DNA from: Tubiluchus corallicola
Taxonomy: Eukaryota > Animalia > Priapulida
NCBI GenBank assembly: GCA_030141605.1
Contig: JAQGDQ010000216.1
Coordinates: 228,259 to 292,258, forward strand
Direction: 5' to 3'
Length of the DNA stretch: 64,000 bases
Below the pieces are notes generated by a model. The model was not told the DNA's origin, did no database searches, and saw only the letters and a list, made by a program, of their open reading frames with translations. The position numbers and the translations under genes were made by a program. Positions 1 through 9,964 of this stretch are shown here, in pieces (within the stretch, counting starts at the first letter, position 1; each line of letters opens with the position of its first letter).

Positions 1-87
1 CTTCAGTTTTTCCTCGAGCTTTTTCCCACCCTGAGCCAAAATATTTTGACTTGCAAAAAGGTGTCGAAGTGCGCGGGGTACTCCTGC

Positions 88-636
88 TTATTCTTTCACA
101 ATTTCTTTTCGGTATACAGTTTTTTTATTAGGCATATCCCATATTTCCATTACTGGTGTGGCACTTGAATAGCTATTACTTTTACTATACTTATCCAATG
201 CGGGATATACTTTGAAAGTCCCCAGTATGATAGATGGCATCCCTTTGAAAGGAAATTCTGTCGTAATGTAGTTTTTCTTTGGATACTCCTCTGTTTTGAG
301 GTCAGATTGAATATTAGCAAGTTTATCTAAGCTGCTCGATTCTAAGATGCAGCCAACTTTTGAACGCAGTTTATCTTTTGCTACTTCTTTTGGGTTGTCA
401 TAGTATATTCCAAAGCCTTTATAGGTAGTGACGTTGTGTTTTTCGAGTAGTGTTTTATAAACTTTATCGGAGACCTTCCCGCTTTGCCTGTAGTCGCCGG
501 TTACATTTTCGTAAACAAGCATTTCTCCCCCACATTCAACTTCAGTTACTGTTATTTTGACAAGTCCTCCGTAATAGATATAAAGCAGTGTTATCAAAAC
601 TGCCAATATTCCAATGATTATTAGTGCTATTTTCAT
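88..636 (-). CDS. Membrane-anchored GyrI-like small-molecule-binding domain protein
   Basis: N-terminal TM helix; GxY...GIYYDNP...LRSxVG pattern typical of GyrI-like domains. Confidence 0.7.
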   Translation of the reverse strand: MKIALIIIGILAVLITLLYIYYGGLVKITVTEVECGGEMLVYENVTGDYRQSGKVSDKVYKTLLEKHNVTTYKGFGIYYDNPKEVAKDKLRSKVGCILESSSLDKLANIQSDLKTEEYPKKNYITTEFPFKGMPSIILGTFKVYPALDKYSKSNSYSSATPVMEIWDMPNKKTVYRKEIVKE

Positions 637-799
637 ATTGCTGTATGTTTATTTAATCCAAACACCTGCTTGTTCATCATTTTATTACTCAGGATTAGCA
701 CCTGTTCGTGTGCTGTGTTAGTATCTAAGAATGTTACCTGAGAAGATGCGTCAGAGCTGCACTCATACAAGAGTTCAGGAAAGCAAGATTAATATTCTC

Positions 800-933
800 G
801 GTACCTCTTCTTTGCAAGGCTCATCTTTTTTATTAAAATTTTCGCCAAAATACTCAATTACGTCAGTAAATTGCTATTTATCATCAAGTTTTTCCTCAGC
901 CTGATCTAAAATCTTTCGCTTTGCAGAGGGCCC
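800..933 (+). repeat. Degenerate ~130-bp dispersed intergenic repeat (MITE-like), copy A
   Basis: Aligns by eye with 48835-48964, 58715-58833, 46238-46325 and 1-65; ends CTTTGCA...TTTGCAGAGG are inverted. Confidence 0.6.
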
Positions 934-1037
934 CTATTATATTTGTGCCACAACTTATATTTTTAGGGAGTTTAATTATGATTTTTGATAATAGCAAGTT
1001 ATTTTTGAATTCACCCAACAGAAAAAAGCTAAACTTT

Positions 1038-2318
1038 ATGAAAAAAGAGGAACTACAAAAGTACAAGGATGAAGCGTTAACACATCTGACTGCAGAGCTC
1101 TTGCCATTCTGGAGTAGCCGTATGATAGACAGCAGGAATGGGGGTTTTATTACACATTTTGATGAGTATGGCAACGACACTGGTGAGGATGAGAAATCAT
1201 TAATAGCACAGGCACGCTGTCTGTATACTGTCTCCTCTGCTCACCGTGCGGGCTATGGAGAGGGAGCTTATGCAGGCATGGCAAAGCATGGAGTGGATTT
1301 TATGATTGACAGGATGTGGGATAGTGAGTATGGCGGATTCTACTGGATGCTTGACAGGAAAGGAAATGTGAAAATAGAAGAGAAGATACTTTATGGCCTT
1401 AGCTTTGCAATCTATTCATTGAGTGAGTATACGCTGGCTACCGGAGATAAGAGAGGGAGTGAGTACGCTCAAAAAACGTTTGATCTGTTACAAAAATACT
1501 GTGTTGACTCTTACTACGGGGGATATTTTGAAATGTTTACCCGTAACTGGACATTAAAGGAGGCTGGTAGCCATGGAGGTGATCGTAAAACCCTTGATGT
1601 GCATATGCATTTAATGGAGGCATTTACCACACTTTACGAGTGCACCAGGCAGGATGTGCATCGCAGAAAATTACTTGAGGATATCGAAATTCTCCTCAAA
1701 AGAATAATGCATCAGGAGTTTAAAACAGGAATACCGCAGTTTTGGGCAAATTGGGAGGTTGCTCCTCAAATCAAGTTTGATATTATATGGGGTTGGGATC
1801 GTTATACAGAAGATGGCTCTAAGGATAATCCAACGGATAATACGTGTTATGGACACAATGCTGAGTTTGCGTGGTTGCTTATTCACGCATTAGATGTATT
1901 GGGTGTGGAAGCTTGCAGATATAAAGATTTGTTGAGACAGATACTTGACCATACGATTGAAAACGGTATTGATACTGAGTATGGAGGGGTTTATGTTGAA
2001 GGCCCTCATTCAGGCGGGGTATACGATATGGGGAAAGAGTTCTGGCAGCAGGCAGAGGTAATGATCGGGGCACTGGATGGTTACCTGCTATTTGGTAATG
2101 AAAAGTATTGGGATGCATATAAAAACATACATGATTTTGTATTTCGTAAAATGATCAACAAGGGGGTTGGAGAGTGGTATCCGCTATTGTCCCGTAAAGG
2201 TGAACCAATCTGGACACATATGGGGCATTCGTGGAAAATCAACTACCACACTGTCAGGTCAATGATTCAAAGCATTGCTCGTATAGACAGTATTATGGGT
2301 AAATGCGTAAAGGGCTAG
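1038..2318 (+). CDS. AGE-family epimerase (N-acylglucosamine/cellobiose 2-epimerase-like)
   Basis: Motifs QARCLY, HMHLMEAF, YGHNAEFAWL, FWQQAE, WKINYH; ATG at 1038 preferred over TTG at 921. Confidence 0.9.
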   Translation: MKKEELQKYKDEALTHLTAELLPFWSSRMIDSRNGGFITHFDEYGNDTGEDEKSLIAQARCLYTVSSAHRAGYGEGAYAGMAKHGVDFMIDRMWDSEYGGFYWMLDRKGNVKIEEKILYGLSFAIYSLSEYTLATGDKRGSEYAQKTFDLLQKYCVDSYYGGYFEMFTRNWTLKEAGSHGGDRKTLDVHMHLMEAFTTLYECTRQDVHRRKLLEDIEILLKRIMHQEFKTGIPQFWANWEVAPQIKFDIIWGWDRYTEDGSKDNPTDNTCYGHNAEFAWLLIHALDVLGVEACRYKDLLRQILDHTIENGIDTEYGGVYVEGPHSGGVYDMGKEFWQQAEVMIGALDGYLLFGNEKYWDAYKNIHDFVFRKMINKGVGEWYPLLSRKGEPIWTHMGHSWKINYHTVRSMIQSIARIDSIMGKCVKG

Positions 2319-2322
2319 AGGG

Positions 2323-3348
2323 ATGGAGTATAAAGGCAGGCATACCCTTTTTGATTCTGGCAAAGTAAAGACCTATCCTGTTTCGGGGCGAAACAATAAG
2401 GTAAAGATACCTGATATAAAAGATCCGGGAAAGGTTAGGGATACTAGGTTTGATATTAACCCTTCTGTCGAGTATAATATATCTACGCTTGCAAAGATAA
2501 TTGTGAAAAGTCGTAAGCGTGGTATGCCGGTTCTCTTTTTTACCGGGGCGCATCTCATCAAAAATGGACTGGGCAGGCTGGTCTGTGAGCTTATAGAGAG
2601 AGATGTATTTACTGTTGTTTCCGGTAATGGAGCAACCTCTATACACGATTTTGAGTTGGCATTGTTTGGAGAGACGAGTGAGGATGTGCCAGATGCACTT
2701 GAGAAGGGAAGGTTTGGTATGGCATACGAATTCAACTTTATCAATGCTGCTATCTCCATTGGCAACCGCTACAAATTGGGATACGGAGAGTCTATTGGGG
2801 AGATGATCAATAGTAAGAAGTTCAGAGATGAGGTTGCCATGTTTCTTAGTAATAATGATCCCATAAGCTTCTCTTATCCAGAGCTAAGTGTTCAGTCAAC
2901 TTGTCATAAAAAGGGTATCCCCTTTACAGTACATGCTGGTATTGGAACTGATGTTATCGATCAGCATCAGTATTTTGATGGGTGTGCTAAAGGGGGCTGT
3001 TCCGGAAGGGACTTTCTTATATATACTAATGAGGTGGGAAAGCTTACAAACGGAGGAGTTGTTGTAAATGTTGGTAGCGCAGTAACTGGGCCTGAAGTTT
3101 TTTTAAAAGCAGCTTCTATGGTCAGCAATACAGGTCTTGCACCAAATAATATTACAACTGCCAATTTTGATATTAGACCATATTATCTGGGTGCAACCAA
3201 TGAAGGGGTAGCTGAGTATTATTTTCGGGATCAAAAAAGTATTATTACGCGCATTCCTCAGGTGTATAAAGGCTCTGGCCTTTACATAGAGGGGAACCAA
3301 CTAAGTACAATTCCTGTACTGTACCAGAAGTTGATAGAGTTGACTTGA
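2323..3348 (+). CDS. Deoxyhypusine-synthase-like (DHS-like NAD-binding fold) conserved protein
   Basis: GAHLIKNGL, GNGATSIHDFE, TVHAGIGTD, GSAVTGPEVFLKA motifs. Confidence 0.65.
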   Translation: MEYKGRHTLFDSGKVKTYPVSGRNNKVKIPDIKDPGKVRDTRFDINPSVEYNISTLAKIIVKSRKRGMPVLFFTGAHLIKNGLGRLVCELIERDVFTVVSGNGATSIHDFELALFGETSEDVPDALEKGRFGMAYEFNFINAAISIGNRYKLGYGESIGEMINSKKFRDEVAMFLSNNDPISFSYPELSVQSTCHKKGIPFTVHAGIGTDVIDQHQYFDGCAKGGCSGRDFLIYTNEVGKLTNGGVVVNVGSAVTGPEVFLKAASMVSNTGLAPNNITTANFDIRPYYLGATNEGVAEYYFRDQKSIITRIPQVYKGSGLYIEGNQLSTIPVLYQKLIELT

Positions 3349-3391
3349 ACATAGGTATCAAAGCTTTTGCAAAACTTTTAGACATAGCTAT

Positions 3392-4429
3392 ATGAAGGAG
3401 GTGCGAATATTAGAGATACTCAAAAAGATAAGTAGCATAAACATTGCAGTGTACGGTGACTTTTGCCTTGATGCGTACTGGATGATGGGTAGTGAAGGCT
3501 CGGAAGTTTCTGTTGAGACAGGAATAGAAGCAGAGGCTGTTACAATGCACAGGTACTCACCAGGAGGTGCTGGGAATGTTGTGGCGAATGTTGCTGCTCT
3601 AAAGCCGGCTTGTCTTAAGGTAATGGGTGTTGTTGGAAATGATATTTATGGTAGGGAGTTGACTACACAAATGGAGGCGTTAGGTGCCGATGTCAGCATG
3701 CTTGTTATACAGGATAATGATTTTGATACATATACTTATACGAAAAGGTATTATGGGGAAGAGGAGGGGGCACGCATTGACTTTGGGACAAAGAATACTC
3801 GCTCAAAAGAGAGTGATAGTATAATTCTGAGAAACATCCGTTATGCGTTGGAGAACTTTGATGTCCTTATTTTTAATCAGCAGGTATGCGGAAGTATTTC
3901 AAACATTGAGTTTATTGATGAGGCCAATAAGCTGTTTGATGAGTTTAGGGATAAGATTGTCATACTTGACTCCAGGCATTTTAATGACCGGTTCAGGAAT
4001 GTTTATCGAAAGGTCAATGAGTTTGAAATAGCTGCGATGTGTGGGATTGATGTTAAGCCGCAAGGTTATATATCTACGGCTGAGGTGGAGAGGTGTGGCA
4101 GACAGGTGTATAAACAATACAGCAAGCCTGTTTTTGTAACCCGTGGCGACAGGGGAATAATGGTTATTGATAGAGGTGGTGTTGCTGTAATTCCCGGCAT
4201 ACAGTTGATGAAAAAGCTGGATTCTGTAGGAGCAGGAGATACCACCATAAGTGCATTAGCGTTATGCCTAGCTGCCGGAGTTGAGCCATCAGAAGCTGCT
4301 GTATTTGCCAACTTTGCAGCGGCAGTTACAGTAGAAAAGCTTTTTACCACAGGTACTGCATCAGGCGAATATAACCGAAAAAACGAAATGTTCAAAAAAC
4401 ACAAAACAAATTGTGCAGAAATATCCTGA
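3392..4429 (+). CDS. PfkB/ribokinase-family sugar kinase (HldE/RfaE kinase-like); 3' end replaced by the prophage end
   Basis: VYGDFCLDAY, PGGAGNV, DSVGAGDT motifs; the last ~19 codons are read from the phage left end beginning at 4370. Confidence 0.85.
   Translation: MKEVRILEILKKISSINIAVYGDFCLDAYWMMGSEGSEVSVETGIEAEAVTMHRYSPGGAGNVVANVAALKPACLKVMGVVGNDIYGRELTTQMEALGADVSMLVIQDNDFDTYTYTKRYYGEEEGARIDFGTKNTRSKESDSIILRNIRYALENFDVLIFNQQVCGSISNIEFIDEANKLFDEFRDKIVILDSRHFNDRFRNVYRKVNEFEIAAMCGIDVKPQGYISTAEVERCGRQVYKQYSKPVFVTRGDRGIMVIDRGGVAVIPGIQLMKKLDSVGAGDTTISALALCLAAGVEPSEAAVFANFAAAVTVEKLFTTGTASGEYNRKNEMFKKHKTNCAEIS
4370..4417 (+). repeat. Prophage left end with two putative transposase-binding sites
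   Basis: TATAACCGAAAAAACGAAATGTTCA (4370-4394) matches the reverse complement of 46213-46237 at 19/25; second site CAAAACAAATTGTGCA near 4402-4417. Confidence 0.8.
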
Positions 4430-4476
4430 ATTGATAGGTTTGGGAATAAATTTATTTTAAATCTTATTATAATCTC

Positions 4477-5931
4477 ATGCGAACAACAGAGCAACGAAAA
4501 CGTAAAAATACGCCTAAAAAACTATCTATTGACTTTATTAATGAGCACTACGGAAAGATCCCTCCGCAAGCACCCGAGGTGGAGGAGGCCGTACTTGGCG
4601 CACTAATGCTTGAAGAGGGCGCGTATATCTCTATTGCCAATATACTTAAACCTGAAAGCTTTTATAAGAAAGGGAATCAGATTATTTTCAAAACAATCCA
4701 GGACTTAAGTGTAAATGAGAAGCCCATAGACCTTATAGTTGTAACTCAGGCATTAAGAGATAACGAGCAACTAGATGAGGCAGGAGGCGTGGTCTATATA
4801 ACCGAGCTGACAGGAAGAGTTGCCTCTGCTGCACATATTGAATTGCACTCAAGAATTATTGCACAAAAATTTATGCAGCGCGAGATTATTCGCGTATCAA
4901 GCAGTATTCAGAATAAAGCATTTGATAATGCAATAGAGCTGGATGAATTAGTTGACTATGCAGAATCTGAACTATTTGGCGTTACAGAAGGGACAATAAC
5001 TAAGCAGTCCCAGCCTATAAAATCTATTCTTAGGGGTGCAATAGAACAGATAGAGGAAAACTCCAAAAAAGGTAGCGGGTTGAGTGGTGTACCATCCGGA
5101 TTCCCGCATCTTGACAAAATAACTTCCGGTTGGCAAAAAACAGACCTTATTATTGTTGCAGCACGCCCTGCAATGGGAAAGACAGCTTTTGTACTCTCTA
5201 TGGCCAGAAATATGGCTATCGACCATAATGTCCCTGTAGCAGTGTTCTCTCTGGAGATGTCATCATCACAGTTGGCAACCAGGCTTATTGCCTCAGAAAC
5301 AGAGCTGGGATCTGAAAAGATCAAATCCGGGATACTTGACAATTGGGAATGGGAGCAGCTGGATAAAAAGATTAAAAGCCTCGAGGACGCACCCCTTTTT
5401 ATTGATGACACCCCGGCTCTCTCTATCTTTGAATTTAGAGCCAAGTGCCGAAGATTAAAAGCTCAATATAATATAGGCATTGTAATTGTCGACTACTTGC
5501 AGTTGATGACAGCGGGAGTTGACAACAAAAGCAATCGTGAGCAGGAAGTTAGCAGCATATCACGCAACCTGAAGGCAATTGCAAAGGAGGTGGATGTTCC
5601 TATCATAGCACTCTCACAGCTGAATCGGTCGGTAGAATCCAGAGATGGAAACAGGCCGCAACTGTCAGACCTGAGAGAGTCGGGCGCTATTGAGCAGGAT
5701 GCAGATATGGTAATTTTTCTTCACCGCCCTGAATACTACGGCATGGTGGAGGATACTCAAGGGCGATCACTATCAGGTATCGCTGAGGTGATCATAGCCA
5801 AACACCGTAACGGCTCTGTAGGCGATGTAGAGCTTAAATTTAAAAGCAGCTTAGCACAGTTTCTAAACTTAGACGATGAAGCATTTGGCTATTTGAATGA
5901 AGGGGATGATGATATTTCTTTTAGCGGATAA
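4477..5931 (+). CDS. dnaB: Replicative DNA helicase, located inside the prophage end
   Basis: PPQAPEVEEAVLGALM, AARPAMGKT Walker A, IVDYLQLM, LSQLNRSVESR, LRESGAIEQDAD, IAKHRNG. Confidence 0.97.
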   Translation: MRTTEQRKRKNTPKKLSIDFINEHYGKIPPQAPEVEEAVLGALMLEEGAYISIANILKPESFYKKGNQIIFKTIQDLSVNEKPIDLIVVTQALRDNEQLDEAGGVVYITELTGRVASAAHIELHSRIIAQKFMQREIIRVSSSIQNKAFDNAIELDELVDYAESELFGVTEGTITKQSQPIKSILRGAIEQIEENSKKGSGLSGVPSGFPHLDKITSGWQKTDLIIVAARPAMGKTAFVLSMARNMAIDHNVPVAVFSLEMSSSQLATRLIASETELGSEKIKSGILDNWEWEQLDKKIKSLEDAPLFIDDTPALSIFEFRAKCRRLKAQYNIGIVIVDYLQLMTAGVDNKSNREQEVSSISRNLKAIAKEVDVPIIALSQLNRSVESRDGNRPQLSDLRESGAIEQDADMVIFLHRPEYYGMVEDTQGRSLSGIAEVIIAKHRNGSVGDVELKFKSSLAQFLNLDDEAFGYLNEGDDDISFSG

Positions 5932-6001
5932 TTAGCTGTTAGCACTTCTGCTTTTCGTTTCCCCTTACTATATAGGAAGTCAGACGCTTATTAAGTTCAT
6001 T

Positions 6002-6022
6002 AAGCCCTTTTCGGGCTTTTTT
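6002..6022 (+). terminator. Intrinsic terminator between convergent dnaB and holin
   Basis: AAGCCC-TTTTC-GGGCTT followed by a T run. Confidence 0.75.
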
Positions 6023-6036
6023 ATGTTCTTGTTTTT

Positions 6037-6381
6037 TTACTTTTTGCTATTAAATAGCTTTCCAATACCTCCGCTTTTCTCTAAGGTTCTTACACCAAAG
6101 TAGAATGAAATAGAGAGCATCAAGCAATTTTCTATTATTCTGCCCCAAAACTCATTAATCAGATTAGTAAAACACCCGATAACAAACATGACCATAAAGA
6201 ACATTAATGATAGTGGCCTAATGTTATTAGAGAGCCAACTACGAGAAGTCATATCATTTTTATGTCTCTCAGTTACGCTTGTTTGCACTATCTTAGTGAG
6301 TTCCACTTTTAACTCGTTCTTTTTATCACTATCAGGTATCAATTTGTCTACTGTACCTATAATTTTATCTACTATTTTCAT
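6037..6381 (-). CDS. Holin (3TM/GTA-holin-like)
   Basis: SWLSNNIRPL...FYFGVRTLEK motif, TM segments, next to the endolysin. Confidence 0.85.
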   Translation of the reverse strand: MKIVDKIIGTVDKLIPDSDKKNELKVELTKIVQTSVTERHKNDMTSRSWLSNNIRPLSLMFFMVMFVIGCFTNLINEFWGRIIENCLMLSISFYFGVRTLEKSGGIGKLFNSKK

Positions 6382-6791
6382 CTCTCTTTTTTTAGTTCAA
6401 TATCTCTTATTAACTTGTTGTAATAATGTTCTATCCGTCCATTGCCTCCATTAATGCGGTAGTATTTATACGCCTTGCTAAAACTCTCATGTTCGTAGAA
6501 GTATAGCCACTTTTGCCGTACTGCTTTATTTATTATCCGCCACAACTCTTTTTTTTGAAGCTCTAAAGTCATGTGTATATTATCATCTAACTTTTTATTA
6601 ATCGGCTTTAACAATTTATTCATTATGGTATAGACACAGACTAAAAGCAGTGCCAGTACTACACTTATCAGCAAAAGCGGATTATTGAATAAAAACTTTT
6701 GACACGCCTTATAATTTGGCAATAATCCTATTATGGCAATAACGGCGAACAAACCACTTTTAAACTTGACTATCCAATCTATCCACCTCAT
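6378..6791 (-). CDS. Lysis-module membrane protein
   Basis: Two hydrophobic segments and a Y...GGNG.I tail; lies between amidase and holin; start at MRWIDW. Confidence 0.55.
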   Translation of the reverse strand: MRWIDWIVKFKSGLFAVIAIIGLLPNYKACQKFLFNNPLLLISVVLALLLVCVYTIMNKLLKPINKKLDDNIHMTLELQKKELWRIINKAVRQKWLYFYEHESFSKAYKYYRINGGNGRIEHYYNKLIRDIELKKER

Positions 6792-7194
6792 TTGATGTAA
6801 ATTCTTTGTGTACGTCAAAGCAAGGACACGCTTTGCTACTAAACTCATTATGCCCATGTATCGCAGCATCAGGATACTGCTGTATTAATTCTGCAACCAA
6901 CAGCCTTAATACTTTTTCTTGCTCAGGTGTTCGGGTATCTTTGGGGTTGCCACTCTCATCTAAACCACCCACATAAGAAACACCTATACTGTGGCGATTT
7001 TGTCCCTCACAATGAGCTCCTACCTTTTGGATAGAACGACCTGCTTCTACCTCTCCATTTAAACCTATCAGATAGTGGTAACCTATCTCATTAAACCCTC
7101 TTTCTCTGTGCCACTTATCTACGGTTTTAGCAGATATGGCTACGCCTTCTTTGGTTGCTGTACAATGAATAATGATTTTGTCTATTATTCTCAT
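6760..7194 (-). CDS. Endolysin, N-acetylmuramoyl-L-alanine amidase (T7 lysozyme-like, Amidase_2)
   Basis: IIIHCTAT, WHRERGF..IGYHY, GAHC.GQN, GHNEFSSKACPCFDV. Confidence 0.93.
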   Translation of the reverse strand: MRIIDKIIIHCTATKEGVAISAKTVDKWHRERGFNEIGYHYLIGLNGEVEAGRSIQKVGAHCEGQNRHSIGVSYVGGLDESGNPKDTRTPEQEKVLRLLVAELIQQYPDAAIHGHNEFSSKACPCFDVHKEFTSNEVDRLDSQV

Positions 7195-7208
7195 ATTATT
7201 TAATTTAG

Positions 7209-8756
7209 TTATATCCATTCAAAACCTCCTGAGCCATCGGCGGTAAGAACCTGCCCAGCTGCACCTGTACTGCCATTTTTATCTACTATGCTGGTTACTT
7301 CTATCGCACCATCCACTTTTAAAGCGTGTGTGCCCGATGGTGCGGTGTTAATACCAACGTTTCCACTAAGGCGTGAATTGCCATTCACGTCGAGCCGATG
7401 GGATGGATTTCGCAATACGCCCAAACCCGTATTTGTAACATTAATGTAACTGTTGCCACCACCTGTATCAATTCGAATGGAATTACCACCATTCGCATAT
7501 ACGCTCGACGTCTCCGCAACTCCAAAAATTATACCATTGTTGCCGCCAATTGTTGGCAAAAACACCCCACCCGACTGCACTACCAGAGATTTAGAAGGGT
7601 TGGCTGTTTTTATCCCAACATTGCCATCAGCTTTTACTACCAGTTTATCATCTTTTACAGTAAAACTACTGTCTCCAAAAATTTTCACTGCATCATCCTG
7701 ACCAATATGAACATCATTAATACCTGCAGGAACAGTTACATTAGTTCCACCAGAACCCCCTCTTATTGGCAATCCCACATATTCTTGCGGAATTACCAAC
7801 GTGGTTGATACATCAGGGGTGTAGGTTGTAAAAAGATTGTATATATTTTCCGTCAAAACATATTTGGCATTTGTGGAAGTAGACGTGTTAGCTTCTATTA
7901 CGCACGTAAAAACATCGTTCAAAGCAACAGAATTTATTGCAAATTCTTTTAATACAAGGAATTGGTTGCCATTATCTACAGCGGATATGGCAGCAGAAGC
8001 CACTTCAATAGTACTGTTTTTAAAAATTTTTACAAAACCGGAAAAGCTGTCTCCTGTTTCTAGTCCTTCAACAGATAATATAAGTTGAACAGATATAACT
8101 AAACTACTTACCTGCGCAGATATCAGCTCTATACCATTTCCATTTACGTTAAATAGGGTACTGTTATCCCCGACCTGCGTTTGAAATTCAATTTCGGCAC
8201 TTGTGCCTTGTAAAATTTCTTGCACCGCGTCATTCGTCGACGAAAGCGAAGGTATTACAACTTGAGTCCCTAAGGGAGCATACCCAGCTATGTTGTCGCG
8301 TGTCATTACTACAAGTGAGTTGGCTATAGTGGGGTTTGCCGTATCCCTCAATTGGTCAAAAGAATGATCTGCCAATGATACTTTGCCGCGAACTTTCAAT
8401 ACCTCTAATAATTGACTCAACGTTAGATGATAGTAAGCTCCCGGCTCGCCCCCCTGCAGGTCAGGAAGTGTATTGTGTTTATCTATTCCTGCACCACCAC
8501 TTGTTGTTCGTGTAACTATATCATTTATCTCTGTTATAATAGTATTCTCGTCATCCTGCGAGCCATCTGCTACGGTAGTGCCTGCGACGTCTTTTACAAT
8601 TATATTTGTTACTGATATAGCGTTGGCTAAATCGGGTTTGTCTACTTCACTAAAAATATTTACAAAACCGGGGTTGGCTATTTCAGCCCGGTATATTTTG
8701 GGATATACCACCCCATCCTTCAAAAAATTGTTACTATTAAGCTCTTGTATTTCCAT
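7209..8756 (-). CDS. Fibre-like virion structural protein
   Basis: HNTLPDLQGG..YYHLT and GNVGI.T..P...L.V.G repeats; N-terminal ~83 aa paralogous to 8759-9010. Confidence 0.6.
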   Translation of the reverse strand: MEIQELNSNNFLKDGVVYPKIYRAEIANPGFVNIFSEVDKPDLANAISVTNIIVKDVAGTTVADGSQDDENTIITEINDIVTRTTSGGAGIDKHNTLPDLQGGEPGAYYHLTLSQLLEVLKVRGKVSLADHSFDQLRDTANPTIANSLVVMTRDNIAGYAPLGTQVVIPSLSSTNDAVQEILQGTSAEIEFQTQVGDNSTLFNVNGNGIELISAQVSSLVISVQLILSVEGLETGDSFSGFVKIFKNSTIEVASAAISAVDNGNQFLVLKEFAINSVALNDVFTCVIEANTSTSTNAKYVLTENIYNLFTTYTPDVSTTLVIPQEYVGLPIRGGSGGTNVTVPAGINDVHIGQDDAVKIFGDSSFTVKDDKLVVKADGNVGIKTANPSKSLVVQSGGVFLPTIGGNNGIIFGVAETSSVYANGGNSIRIDTGGGNSYINVTNTGLGVLRNPSHRLDVNGNSRLSGNVGINTAPSGTHALKVDGAIEVTSIVDKNGSTGAAGQVLTADGSGGFEWI

Positions 8757-8758
8757 AA

Positions 8759-9010
8759 TTATATAATTATATTGTTAATTGCGGCTACAATGGTATTTTC
8801 ATCATCTACAGAACCATTTGCTACGATAGTGCCTCCAGCGTCTTTTACAATTATATTTGTTACCGATATGGCGTTGGCTAAATTAGGTTTGGCTTTTATT
8901 ACGCTAAATATATTTACAAAACCTGTTTTGTCTATCTCTGCACGATATATTTTGGGATATACCACCCCATCCTTCAAAAAATTGTTACTATTAAGCTCTT
9001 GTATTTCCAT
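8759..9010 (-). CDS. 83-aa protein paralogous to the N-terminus of 7209-8756
   Basis: First 26 aa identical (MEIQELNSNNFLKDGVVYPKIYRAEI); ~250-bp tandem DNA duplication. Confidence 0.8.
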   Translation of the reverse strand: MEIQELNSNNFLKDGVVYPKIYRAEIDKTGFVNIFSVIKAKPNLANAISVTNIIVKDAGGTIVANGSVDDENTIVAAINNIII

Positions 9011-9025
9011 TGTTTATATAGTTTT

Positions 9026-9529
9026 TTAATTTTCAAATTGCGGATCTACTACGCCGCTGGCGGGTGTTAATGTATAGGGTTGGTTGTAGGCGGTGTATAC
9101 AGTGCAGCCAAACTCTAGTTCATAAGTAAGCCAGCCGCGTGTGGGTAGTCGGTTAAATCGCGTAAGGTAGAGCTGTGAGTGGCAGGTGTTGGCGGTGCCT
9201 CCTATAGCTTCGTATATAACTTGTAATTTATCGAGATGTTCTAAGGCTACGGCTTGCTCCGCACTTATGTTACTGGCTCGTTCGCTTACACTGAAGGCTA
9301 CTTTTATATTTATAGTAAGGCTGCCCTGTTGTGTGGTGCGTCCGTTGAGTTCGAACTCCTGGCCTTGCTGTACATCTATCAATACGGCAGGAAAGCTAAC
9401 GGGTGCATTGGCTTTTTCTTCTAATTGTCCAAAGTCCCAGTCTAAGTAATAGGCTTCTAATTTGCCATCGCTCACGGCTTGTTGCAAGTTGTTATCTATG
9501 CCTGTGAATATTTGTTTGAGGAATTGCAT
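9026..9529 (-). CDS. Tail terminator/completion protein (Mu gp37-like)
   Basis: YLDWDFGQLE...PVSFPAVLID pattern; position after the morphogenesis gene. Confidence 0.6.
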   Translation of the reverse strand: MQFLKQIFTGIDNNLQQAVSDGKLEAYYLDWDFGQLEEKANAPVSFPAVLIDVQQGQEFELNGRTTQQGSLTINIKVAFSVSERASNISAEQAVALEHLDKLQVIYEAIGGTANTCHSQLYLTRFNRLPTRGWLTYELEFGCTVYTAYNQPYTLTPASGVVDPQFEN

Positions 9530-9954
9530 TAATTATTAATTATCTTAGTTATATCTTGTTTTATGTTGCTTATAGCTTTATTTGTCCAGTTTTTGTGGAC
9601 TCCAGCATATTGTCGTTTGGGGATATAGGCAGAGCGGCGGCGTCCGGCACGTCCCCCTTCGTTATGTATCTCGGCATAAGGTTCCTCGCTGCTTATCACT
9701 ATCTTATTTCCTCTACCTTTTATCTTTATACTGTCACGTAAGTTGGTGGTGTCCACCAATAAGGGGTGTCCACGACCTGCATCCTTACGAGCTCGCCACC
9801 TGCGGCCTGCCGGTGATTTTGACTTACGAAAGTTACCTATTATATTCTTTTCCATTTCTACAGATATTACTTTAGGGGCTGTTTTTTGCAGGTATTTTTG
9901 TAGCTCGCTATTTCTTTTTTGCCATTTTTTCTGTAGCTGTTTTACTGTGCTCAT
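9529..9954 (-). CDS. Phage virion morphogenesis/tail completion protein (Mu G/P2 S-like)
   Basis: W..RK...L.DT..LRDSI...PYAEIHNEGG...IPKRQY motif. Confidence 0.85.
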   Translation of the reverse strand: MSTVKQLQKKWQKRNSELQKYLQKTAPKVISVEMEKNIIGNFRKSKSPAGRRWRARKDAGRGHPLLVDTTNLRDSIKIKGRGNKIVISSEEPYAEIHNEGGRAGRRRSAYIPKRQYAGVHKNWTNKAISNIKQDITKIINN

Positions 9955-9964
9955 TATTTTGTAT

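Noticed and set aside
4477-5931. Intein in DnaB
   Set aside because: Normal length, contiguous motifs, no splicing motifs
5945-5972. TTTTCGTTTCCCCTTACTATA as the phage left end
   Set aside because: Same orientation as the right end and a weaker match; 4370 gives a properly inverted end with two sites
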